Shown here one piece after another: positions 1-7,083 of a stretch of 32,000 nt of DNA. The stretch covers positions 1,839,876 through 1,871,875 of the forward strand of contig NZ_JBHSTI010000008.1 in the NCBI RefSeq assembly GCF_042660085.1. The letters are read 5' to 3'. The translations under genes and the position numbers were made by a program. Position 1 is the first letter of the stretch. Every line of letters begins with the position of its first letter. The DNA is from Longivirga aurantiaca (GTDB lineage: Bacteria; Actinomycetota; Actinomycetes; S36-B12; CAIYMF01). The notes beneath the pieces were generated by a model. The model searched no databases. It was not told the DNA's origin and saw only the letters and a list, made by a program, of their open reading frames with translations.

Positions 1-90
1 CCCCCGGACGGGCGGGCGGAGGCGGACCGGGCGGCCCGGTGCCGGGCTGCGTCGGCCATGAACGCCGCTGCGGGTGCGGGTGCTGGACAT
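1..90 (-). CDS. 5' end of an unidentified CDS leaving the window (ImuB-like Y-family polymerase is suggested by operon context only)
   Basis: ATG at 90-88 (minus). GGAGG (complement of 96-100) lies 5 nt upstream. The start is 12 nt after the stop of the DUF6504-like gene. The frame is open and G/C-rich at third positions to base 1. Thirty codons are too few to identify the product. Confidence 0.35.
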   Translation of the reverse strand, partial: MSSTRTRSGVHGRRSPAPGRPVRLRPPVRG

Positions 91-102
91 CGGGACCTCC
101 GA

Positions 103-552
103 TCAGTCGAGGGTGCGCGCGAGGCGCCACCGGGTGGGGACGGGCGGGCGGACCGTGGGGTCGTCGAGCAGGGCGGCCGCGGCGGCGGGGACGTCGCGCA
201 CGAGGTCGTACACGCCGACCGAGGACGAGCGGCCCGCCCGTGCCTCGACCCGCCAGACCTCGCGCTCCACCGCACCGACGTCGAAGGCGACCGAGCGCCG
301 CGGGGCCTCCCGGGCCTCCGCCGCCTCGGGGTCCTCGGGTGCCTGCGACCCGGCCGTCGCACCGACGGCGACGGGACGGCGACGGCGGGAGCCGGAGCCG
401 ACCCACCACGTGCCGAGCTCGATCCAGTGGGCGAGCACCGCGCGGACGACGTAGAGCCGGCCGCGCCACAGGAACTGCGCCGGGGCCACCTCGAGGGTGT
501 CGAGGCTCACCGGTGCCGTGCGGACCTGCACGGCCTCGCCGTAGCTGCGCAT
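103..552 (-). CDS. DUF6504-like small protein
   Basis: Part of ORF 103..744. The internal ATG at 552 is preceded by GGGAGGGAGA (complement of 558-567) with a 5-nt spacer. The translation MRSYGEAVQV...FLWRGRLYVVRAVLAHWIELGTWW...EREVWRVEARAG...GVYDL...WRLARTLD matches the DUF6504 pattern as I remember it. The residues upstream of this Met look like junk (Pro/Gly/Arg-rich). Confidence 0.75.
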   Translation of the reverse strand: MRSYGEAVQVRTAPVSLDTLEVAPAQFLWRGRLYVVRAVLAHWIELGTWWVGSGSRRRRPVAVGATAGSQAPEDPEAAEAREAPRRSVAFDVGAVEREVWRVEARAGRSSSVGVYDLVRDVPAAAAALLDDPTVRPPVPTRWRLARTLD

Positions 553-704
553 GACGGTCTCCCTCCCCGGCTCGTGGCCGGGTGCTCGTCCGGCGCGCGC
601 CCGGACGGGCGGCGCGACCGGCCGGGGGAAGGCGACCGGCGGGCACCCGGCCCCGCCCGTCGGACCCGGCGCTTCCCCACGCCGAGGCCCGACTGCGGGA
701 CCGA

Positions 705-746
705 CGGTGGGCCCGTGGGGACCGCGAGCTCCCCACGGGCCCACCG
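705..746. repeat. Perfect 17-bp GC-rich inverted repeat (stem-loop) in a long intergenic leader
   Basis: CGGTGGGCCCGTGGGGA (705-721), 8-nt loop ccgcgagc (722-729), TCCCCACGGGCCCACCG (730-746). It lies between the LexA box (840-855) and the DUF6504 start (552). Confidence 0.8.
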
Positions 747-839
747 CGCCCCGCCCGCGGCAGCCGCGAATCCGCCGCGTGCGAGAGCTGGTGGTGCCCG
801 TCGCCCGAACCGGTGGCCCGACCCTCCCGCGAGAGAGGA

Positions 840-855
840 TCGAACACCTGTTCGA
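840..855. promoter_or_regulatory. LexA operator (actinobacterial SOS box)
   Basis: TCGAACacctGTTCGA is an exact match to the mycobacterial/actinobacterial consensus TCGAAC-N4-GTTCGA. It sits in the 392-bp divergent intergenic region. The palindromic TACCGTA just downstream (864-870) gives a TANNNT -10-like hexamer on either strand. Confidence 0.65.
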
Positions 856-944
856 ACACGACCTACCGTAGCCCCCACCCCCGACAGCGCGTCAAGCCCT
901 GGTCCGTCCGGCGTGCGGGCGCTGTCCGCCCCTACGCTCTGGCC

Positions 945-1532
945 ATGGATCCCCACGGCAGCGAGACCGACGACGGCGTCCACGACGCCGGGCCCCCGCA
1001 CGCGGGGGTCAACGCCGACGGCACGCTCGCCGTCGCGGCGCCCGACCTCACGGGCCTGCACCCCAACGCCGTGACCGTCGCCCAGGCCCTTGCCGGGCTC
1101 GGCGTCGCGGGCACCGTGCGCGCGCTGCCCGAGCCCGCGCCCACGGCCGCCACCGCGGCCGCCCAGCTCGGCTGCGAGGTCGGCGCGATCGCCAACTCGC
1201 TCGTGTTCGACGCCGACGGCAGGCCGCTGCTCGTGCTCACCTCCGGCGCGCACCGCGCCGACACCTTCGCGCTCGCCAGCCTCGTCGGCGCGTCGCAGGT
1301 GAAGCGCGCGACGCCGGAGTTCGTCCGCCAGCACACCGGCCAGCCCATCGGCGGCGTCGCGCCCGTGGGGCACCCGCACCCGCTGCGCACGGTGGTCGAC
1401 GTCGAGCTCTCCCGCCACGACGTCGTCTGGGCGGCCGGCGGCCACCCGCACTACGTCTTCCCCACGACCTACGACGAGCTGCTGCGCATCACCGCCGGCG
1501 AGGCCGCCGAGGTCGGCGAGGGCAAGGCCTGA
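945..1532 (+). CDS. YbaK/EbsC-family protein (aminoacyl-tRNA deacylase domain)
   Basis: Part of ORF 582..1532, starting at the first ATG (945). The translation ...AAQLGCEVGAIANSLVFDADGRPLLVLTSGAHRAD...ATPEFVRQHTGQPIGGVAPVGHP...VDVELSRHDVVWAAGGHPHYVFPTTYDELL is typical of the YbaK/ProX fold. The upstream part of the ORF looks like junk. Confidence 0.8.
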   Translation: MDPHGSETDDGVHDAGPPHAGVNADGTLAVAAPDLTGLHPNAVTVAQALAGLGVAGTVRALPEPAPTAATAAAQLGCEVGAIANSLVFDADGRPLLVLTSGAHRADTFALASLVGASQVKRATPEFVRQHTGQPIGGVAPVGHPHPLRTVVDVELSRHDVVWAAGGHPHYVFPTTYDELLRITAGEAAEVGEGKA

Positions 1533-1551
1533 CCCCCACCTCACGCACGGG

Positions 1552-1583
1552 AGTGCCAGAAAACCCCTGCTGTTTCTGGCACT
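1552..1583. terminator. Bidirectional hairpin between convergent genes
   Basis: AGTGCCAGAAA (1552-1562), 10-nt loop, TTTCTGGCACT (1573-1583). The 11-bp stem is perfect. It sits in the 66-bp gap between the ybaK-like stop (1532) and the VOC stop (1599). There is no long U-tract. Confidence 0.6.
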
Positions 1584-1598
1584 TCCATACGTGAGGCG

Positions 1599-2093
1599 CT
1601 ACTCGCCGGCGTACGCCGCCTCGAGGGTCGCGACGTCGAGACGGCTCATCGCGAGCATCGCCACCATCGCGCGCTGCGCGCCGTCCGGGTCGGCACCCCC
1701 GAGCAGCTCGTAGAGGCGCGTCGGCACGATCTGCCAGCTGATCCCCCACCGGTCGACGAGCCAGCCGCACTGGCTCTCGCGGCCCCCGCCGGCCAGCAGC
1801 CCGTCCCAGTAGTGGTCGACCTCCTCCTGCGAGCCGCACGACACGAGGAACGACGTCGCCTCGCTGTGCGCGAACTGCGCCGGCCCGCCGTTGAGGCCCA
1901 TGAGCTCGCGCCCGTGCAGCGACACCGTCATCGTCAGCACCTGGCCGGCCGCTATGCCCGGCACGCCCTCTCCCGCATGCGACGCGCCCAGCACGGAGGC
2001 CTCGCCGTACGCCGAGAAGAGCTCGACGTAGCGCGTGAGCGCGTCCTCCGCGTCACCCTCGAAGAACCACAGGCACGGCGTGAAGCCCGACAT
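1599..2093 (-). CDS. VOC/glyoxalase-superfamily protein (PhnB-like, PF06983-type)
   Basis: C-terminal part of ORF 1599..2870. The translation MSGFTPCLWFFEGDAEDALTRYVELF...LTMTVSLHGRELMGLNGGP...SFLVSCGSQEEVDHYWDGLLAGGGRESQCGWLVDRWGISWQIVP is the classic family pattern. AAGGGA lies 6 nt upstream of ATG 2093. An alternative ATG is at 2108. Confidence 0.85.
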   Translation of the reverse strand: MSGFTPCLWFFEGDAEDALTRYVELFSAYGEASVLGASHAGEGVPGIAAGQVLTMTVSLHGRELMGLNGGPAQFAHSEATSFLVSCGSQEEVDHYWDGLLAGGGRESQCGWLVDRWGISWQIVPTRLYELLGGADPDGAQRAMVAMLAMSRLDVATLEAAYAGE

Positions 2094-2198
2094 GTGCGAT
2101 CCCTTCATCGACCGGCCCCCGGACCCAGCGAGCGTAGGCCGCGGGACCGACGGCCGTCCCGGATCACATGCACCGGCCCGGGAGGGGAGGATGGGCCG

Positions 2199-2963
2199 GT
2201 GACGACTCCCGAGCCCCGCACGCCGCACGGCTACTCCGTGCGCGACGGCGGCAGCGCGCGCGAGCCCGTGCCCGCGGTCGTGAGCCTGCACCTGTACGGC
2301 GTCCGCGGTCGCGGGATCGGCAGCGCGCTCGTGCACATGGGCCTCGACCGCGGCCGCGTGCGACGCATGCCGGGCGCCACGTTCGTGAAGCTGCTCGGCA
2401 CGGGCGACGGGACGACGTTCACGATGCGCGACGCCGACCTCGGCCACTGGGGCGTGCTCGCCTGCTGGTCCGACGACGACGGCCCCGCGCGGTACGAGGC
2501 CTCCGCGGCCCACCGGTCCTGGACCGGCGTCGCGCACGAGGAGGCCCGGTTCCTCCTGCGCCCGTTGGTCTCCCGCGGCACCTGGGCCGGGCGGCAGCCC
2601 TTCGGCGACCCCGTGCCCGACCGGTGGGACGGACCCGTCGCGGCCATCACGCGCGCCCGCATCAAGCCCTCGCAGTGGCGCACGTTCTGGGGCTCGGTGC
2701 CCCCCGTGTCCGCCGACCTGCGCCAGGTCGACGGCCTGCGCGTCGCGCTCGGGATCGGCGAGGCGCCGGTGGGGCTGCAGGGGACCTTCAGCGTGTGGGA
2801 CTCCGGCCGCGCCGTCACCGAGTTCGCGCAGCGCAGGTCGCCGCACCTCGAGGTGATGCGCCGCACGCACGAGACCGGCTGGTACTCCGAGGAGCTGTTC
2901 GCGCGGTTCGCCGTCGTCGACGCCCGGGGCGCGTACGACGGCACCGAGATCACGGCGTCGTAG
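2199..2963 (+). CDS. Spheroidene monooxygenase (CrtA)-like protein, candidate carotenoid end-group oxygenase
   Basis: Part of ORF 1812..2963. GTG 2199 follows GGAGGGGAGG (2181-2190). The translation VVSLHLYGV...MPGATFVKLLGTGDGTTF...WGVLACW...SRGTWAGRQPF...ITRARIKPSQWRTFW...GIGEAPVGLQGTFSVWDS...F...H...GWYSEELFARF parallels Rhodobacter CrtA along its length, from memory. Confidence 0.75.
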   Translation: MTTPEPRTPHGYSVRDGGSAREPVPAVVSLHLYGVRGRGIGSALVHMGLDRGRVRRMPGATFVKLLGTGDGTTFTMRDADLGHWGVLACWSDDDGPARYEASAAHRSWTGVAHEEARFLLRPLVSRGTWAGRQPFGDPVPDRWDGPVAAITRARIKPSQWRTFWGSVPPVSADLRQVDGLRVALGIGEAPVGLQGTFSVWDSGRAVTEFAQRRSPHLEVMRRTHETGWYSEELFARFAVVDARGAYDGTEITAS

Positions 2964-3219
2964 CGTCCGGCGGCCGCACGTGCGGGTCGAGCACGTCGTC
3001 GGAGGCCGGCGGCGTGAACAGGTCCCGCGCGACCACGCGCGGTCCGACGCCCACGTGCGTGGGCTCCGGCGCCTTGCGCCAGTTGTCCTTCAGGAACCAG
3101 ACCAGCGCCGGGACGGCGGGCACGAGGAACAACGCGAAGGGACCCGCGTCCAGCATCCACAGGACGAAGAGCACGACCAGGCCCGTGACCACCAGGCGCC
3201 CGACGAGGCCGAACGTCAC
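2950..3219 (-). CDS. Small membrane protein (two predicted TM helices), unknown function
   Basis: Part of ORF 2950..3462. GTG 3219 follows GGGGGAG with a 5-nt spacer. The translation is VTFGLVGRLVVTGLVVLFVLWMLDAGPFALFLVPAVPALVWFLKDNWRK... Third codon positions are strongly G/C-rich. The 3' end overlaps the crtA-like 3' end by 14 nt (convergent). Confidence 0.5.
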   Translation of the reverse strand: MTFGLVGRLVVTGLVVLFVLWMLDAGPFALFLVPAVPALVWFLKDNWRKAPEPTHVGVGPRVVARDLFTPPASDDVLDPHVRPPDATTP

Positions 3220-3558
3220 GTGGCTCCCCCGCAGGCGCTGCGCCCTCGGCTGGTCCCACTGCGGCCGGGGGGTGGTGCGGCGGCGCCGTCGTGAAGCCCA
3301 CGGGCTCGGCCGGGCAGCGGGTCGGCAGGTAGGCCGCAGGCCCGGCCTCGGCCTCGCGGCCGTGCCCCCCGGAGAGGGGCGTGGCACGGGCGGCGGGGCC
3401 GGTGCGAACACCCAGCCGTGGGCAAGCGCACCCGGAACCGCCGGCTGCTCGTGCGCTCCCATGCCTCAGGAATCGGCCTCCGCGCGGCCCGCCTCAACCG
3501 GCGCTCACGGCACCACCCGGTCGGAGCAGCCGGTGCCGTCGCGTAGGGTCGCCCCGCT

Positions 3559-4368
3559 ATGAGCGTTCGCGTCTACTCGGGCCCCCACGCCGACCGCCGC
3601 CGAGGCGGAGGCGGAGCCCTGCGCGCCCTCCCGTGGATCCTCGCGGCGCTCACGGTGCTCGCGCAGATCGCCTGGCCGCTCACCTCGGACGGCACGCGCG
3701 ACGTCCTCACCGCGGTCACCGTGGTGCTGTTCTTCCTCGCGAGCGCGTCGCACGCGCTGCTGTCGCGCGGCTTCTTCTGGGCCCTCGGCTGGTTCGTCGT
3801 CAGCGCCGGCATCGGCCTCGGCGTCGAGGTCCTCGGCACCCGCACCGGCCTCCCGTTCGGCAGCTACGAGTACGCCGACCGCCTCGGCCCGATGATCCTC
3901 GGCGTCCCCGCGGTCATCCCGCTGGCCTGGGCGATGATGAGCTACCCCGCGCTGCTCGCCGCCCGCCGCCTCACCACCGGCCCGCTGCTCACACCGATCG
4001 TCGGAGCGGTCGCGCTGGCGAGCTGGGACCTCTTCCTCGACCCGCAGATGGTCGGCGAGGGCCACTGGACGTGGGCCCAGGAGGGGCCGCGGCTGCCAGG
4101 GATCGACGCCATCCCCGCGCAGAACTTCGTGGCCTGGCTGCTGGTCTCGCTGGTCATGATGCTGATCCTCGACCGACTGCCGCGACGTCGCACCGACGGC
4201 GCCGAGGGCGACGGCGTGCCGGCGCTGCTCTTCCTCTGGACCTACTTCTCCTCGGTGCTGCTCAACGCGGCGTTCGAGCACCGCACCGGCGTCGCGATCT
4301 GGGGCGGGGTCGCCATGGGCCTCGTCGCGCTCCCCTACGCGTGGTCGCTGTGGACCGGTCGGGACTGA
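3559..4368 (+). CDS. cruF: Carotenoid biosynthesis membrane protein (PF04240; CruF-like carotenoid 1',2'-hydratase)
   Basis: ORF 3559..4368, ATG start. It is polytopic, with ...GVEVLGTRTGLPFGSYEYADRLGP...IPLAWAMMSYPA...ASWDLFLDPQMVGEGHWTW... as in the Caroten_synth/CruF family. It is directly followed by a GT2 and a CrtI-family desaturase. Confidence 0.85.
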   Translation: MSVRVYSGPHADRRRGGGGALRALPWILAALTVLAQIAWPLTSDGTRDVLTAVTVVLFFLASASHALLSRGFFWALGWFVVSAGIGLGVEVLGTRTGLPFGSYEYADRLGPMILGVPAVIPLAWAMMSYPALLAARRLTTGPLLTPIVGAVALASWDLFLDPQMVGEGHWTWAQEGPRLPGIDAIPAQNFVAWLLVSLVMMLILDRLPRRRTDGAEGDGVPALLFLWTYFSSVLLNAAFEHRTGVAIWGGVAMGLVALPYAWSLWTGRD

Positions 4369-5492
4369 CCCGCACGACCGAGGCGCTCGTGACGGCCGGA
4401 GCCCTCGGCGCGGTCGTCGCCACCGCGCACACAGCGCTCAACCTGCGCCTCCTGCGTCGTCCCTCCGACACCCCGCCCGTCGTCGCCGAGCGCGTCAGCG
4501 TGCTCGTGCCCGCCCGTGACGAGGCGGCCCGTATCGCGCCGTGCATCGCCTCGATCCTGGCGTCCGAGGGCGTGCGCGACCTCGAGGTGCTGGTGCTCGA
4601 CGACGGCTCCACCGACGGCACCGCCGACGTCGTGACCGCCGCGGCCGCAAGCGATCCCCGGCTCGAGCTGCTCGACGGCGGCAGCGACGACCCGCCTGCC
4701 GGCTGGCTCGGCAAGACGTGGGCCTGCCACCGGCTCGCAGCCCGGGCGACGGGCTCGGTGCTGCTGTTCGTCGACGCCGACGTGGTCCTCGCGCCGCACG
4801 CGGTCGCGGCGACCGTGGCCCTGCTGCGCGGCGGCAGGCTCGACCTCGTGTCGCCGTACCCCCGGCAGCTCGCCGACGGCCCGCTCCCCCGTCTCGTGCA
4901 GCCGCTGCTGCAGTGGTCGTGGGCCACGCTGCTGCCGCTGCGCGTCGCCGAGACCTCCCCGCGCGTCTCGCTGTCCGCCGCCAACGGCCAGCTCCTCGCC
5001 ATCGACGCACGCGCCTACGCGCGCTGCGGCGGGCACGGCTCGATCCGCGGCGAGGTGCTCGACGACGTCGCCCTGCTGCGCGCGGTGAAGCGCACCGGCG
5101 GGCGCGGCGTGGTCGTCGACGGCACCGACGTCGCCACCTGCCGCATGTACGACGACGGCGCGGCGCTGGTCGAGGGCTACACCAAGTCGCTGTGGTCGGC
5201 GTTCGGGTCGCCCGCCGGATCGGCGGGGGTCGTCTCCCTGCTGACCCTGCTGTACGTCGTTCCGCCGGCGGCTGCCGTGCTCGGCCCGTCGCGTCGCGCC
5301 CGCGCGGCCGGCGCGCTCGGCTATGCCGCAGGCGTCACCGGCCGGGTGATCGTGGCCCGGCGTACCGGCGGGCGGCCGGTCGACGCCCTCGCCCACCCGG
5401 CCTCGGTCGCAGTGCTCTGCGCGCTCGTCGGGGAGTCGTGGCGGCGCAAGCGCGCGGGCACCCTGCGCTGGCGGGGTCGCGGGCTCACCTAG
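4350..5492 (+). CDS. Family-2 glycosyltransferase (CruC/CruG-like carotenoid glycosyltransferase candidate)
   Basis: C-terminal part of ORF 3381..5492. It has an N-terminal TM helix, then VSVLVPARDEAARI...LVLDDGSTDGT...GWLGKTWAC...LLFVDADVV (the GT-A DxD). The start is ambiguous: GTG 4350 or 4341 overlap the cruF stop, and GTG 4389 has GAGG 5 nt upstream. Confidence 0.85.
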   Translation: MDRSGLTRTTEALVTAGALGAVVATAHTALNLRLLRRPSDTPPVVAERVSVLVPARDEAARIAPCIASILASEGVRDLEVLVLDDGSTDGTADVVTAAAASDPRLELLDGGSDDPPAGWLGKTWACHRLAARATGSVLLFVDADVVLAPHAVAATVALLRGGRLDLVSPYPRQLADGPLPRLVQPLLQWSWATLLPLRVAETSPRVSLSAANGQLLAIDARAYARCGGHGSIRGEVLDDVALLRAVKRTGGRGVVVDGTDVATCRMYDDGAALVEGYTKSLWSAFGSPAGSAGVVSLLTLLYVVPPAAAVLGPSRRARAAGALGYAAGVTGRVIVARRTGGRPVDALAHPASVAVLCALVGESWRRKRAGTLRWRGRGLT

Positions 5493-5503
5493 GCTCTCGA
5501 ACC

Positions 5504-7003
5504 GTGGCACGCGTCGTGGTCGTCGGAGCAGGCATGGGCGGCATGGCCGCGGCCGCGCGGCTCGCGGTGAAGCGCCACCAGGTCACCGTCGTCGAGCAGG
5601 CGGCGACGTACGGCGGCAAGCTCGGCTCGTTCGAGCGCGACGGCTTCGTCTTCGACACCGGCCCGTCGCTGCTCACGATCCCGGCCGTCTACCGCGATCT
5701 GTTCAACAAGACCGGCGGCCCGCTCGAGGGCGCGGTCGGCGAGCTCGTCGACCTCGACCCGGCGTTCGGCTACCGCTTCCCCGATGGCGTCACGGTCGAC
5801 ATGCCGGGCGTCGACCCGGGCGTGTGCGCGCACGTCCTCGGCCAGGCCCTCGGCGGCACGGCGGAGGCCGACTGGCGCGCGTTCATGGCGCGGGCGGCGT
5901 CCATCTGGCAGGTCACGCGCCGGCCGTTCCTCGAGGCACCCCTCACCGGCGCGCGCGACCTGCTGCCGCTCGCGCGCAACCTCGGCGACGTGCGCACGGT
6001 CGCGCCCTTCACGTCGCTGCGCGGCCTCGCGCGCCATTACCTGTCCGACCCGCGGCTGCGCATGCTGGTCGACCGCTATGCGACGTACACCGGCTCCGAC
6101 CCGCGCCGGGCGCCCGCCGCGCTCGCGACGGTGCCGTACGTCGAGCAGATGTTCGGCGCGTACCACGTGGCCGGCGGCATCCGGAAGCTCGCCGACGCGC
6201 TCTACGAGCGGACGCTGGAACGCGGTGTGGCGTACCGGTTCTCGGCCGACGTCGCCGAGGTGCTCACGACCGATGCGGGCGTCACCGGCGTGCGCCTGGG
6301 CGACGGCGAGGTGCTCGAGGCCGACGTCGTCGTCGCGAACGCCGATGCCACGCACCTCTACCGCGACCTGCTGCACGACCCGCGCGGCGCCGAGCCGTTG
6401 AAGCGCCTGCGCCGTACGACTCCCTCGCTGTCGGGCTTCGTGCTGCTGCTCGCGGTGAAGGGCCGTACACCGGGCCTGCGCCACCACAACGTGTGGTTCA
6501 CCGGCGACTACGACGCCGAGTTCGACTCGATCTTCGGCCGCGACGCGAAGCCCGTGCACGACCCGACCATCTACGTGTGCGCGCCGGACGACGACGCCAT
6601 GCGCCCCGACGCCGACCACGAGTCGTGGTTCGTCCTGGTGAACGCGCCGCGCCACGGCACCACGGGCGAGCGAGGCACCGTCGACTGGACGGCTCCGGGC
6701 CTGGCCGAGCCGTACCGCGACCGGGTGCTGCAGGTGATGGCTGACCGCGGGTACGACGTACGCGACCGGCTGCTGTGGTCGGAGGTGCGCACGCCGGCCG
6801 ACCTCGAGGCGGGCACCCGCGCCCCCGGCGGATCGATCTACGGCACCTCGAGCAACGGCGCGCGGGCGGCGTTCCTGCGCCCGGCCAACGCCTCGCCCGT
6901 GCCCGGCCTCTACCTCGTCGGCGGCTCGTCGCACCCGGGCGGCGGCCTGCCGCTCGTCGGCATGTCCGCCGAGATCGTCGCCGACCTCATCGGCCGCGCC
7001 TGA
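5504..7003 (+). CDS. CrtI-family FAD-dependent carotenoid desaturase (CrtD-like 3',4'-desaturase candidate)
   Basis: C-terminal part of ORF 4541..7003. GTG 5504 is 11 nt after the GT2 stop. It has a dinucleotide-binding motif VVVVGAGMGGMAAAARLAVKRHQVTVVE and a C-terminal ...GLYLVGGSSHPGGGLPLVGMSAEIVA typical of the phytoene desaturase family. It is distinct from the crtI at 13193. Confidence 0.85.
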   Translation: MARVVVVGAGMGGMAAAARLAVKRHQVTVVEQAATYGGKLGSFERDGFVFDTGPSLLTIPAVYRDLFNKTGGPLEGAVGELVDLDPAFGYRFPDGVTVDMPGVDPGVCAHVLGQALGGTAEADWRAFMARAASIWQVTRRPFLEAPLTGARDLLPLARNLGDVRTVAPFTSLRGLARHYLSDPRLRMLVDRYATYTGSDPRRAPAALATVPYVEQMFGAYHVAGGIRKLADALYERTLERGVAYRFSADVAEVLTTDAGVTGVRLGDGEVLEADVVVANADATHLYRDLLHDPRGAEPLKRLRRTTPSLSGFVLLLAVKGRTPGLRHHNVWFTGDYDAEFDSIFGRDAKPVHDPTIYVCAPDDDAMRPDADHESWFVLVNAPRHGTTGERGTVDWTAPGLAEPYRDRVLQVMADRGYDVRDRLLWSEVRTPADLEAGTRAPGGSIYGTSSNGARAAFLRPANASPVPGLYLVGGSSHPGGGLPLVGMSAEIVADLIGRA

Positions 7004-7005
7004 CC

Positions 7006-7055
7006 GATTCGGTAGTGGAATCTCGCGCTCTGCTGCGACATTCCACTACCGAATC
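7006..7055. terminator. Perfect 16-bp locally A/T-rich hairpin after the crtD-like gene (terminator or operator)
   Basis: GATTCGGTAGTGGAAT (7006-7021), 18-nt loop, ATTCCACTACCGAATC (7040-7055). It begins 3 nt after the stop at 7003. Confidence 0.5.
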
Positions 7056-7083
7056 CGGGTCTGCTGACTGCACACGGCAAGAT

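Noticed and set aside
553-744. N-terminal extension of the DUF6504-like ORF to 744
   Set aside because: The extra 64 residues are Pro/Gly/Arg-rich junk. The internal ATG at 552 has an excellent GGGAGGGAGA Shine-Dalgarno sequence, and the family pattern begins there.
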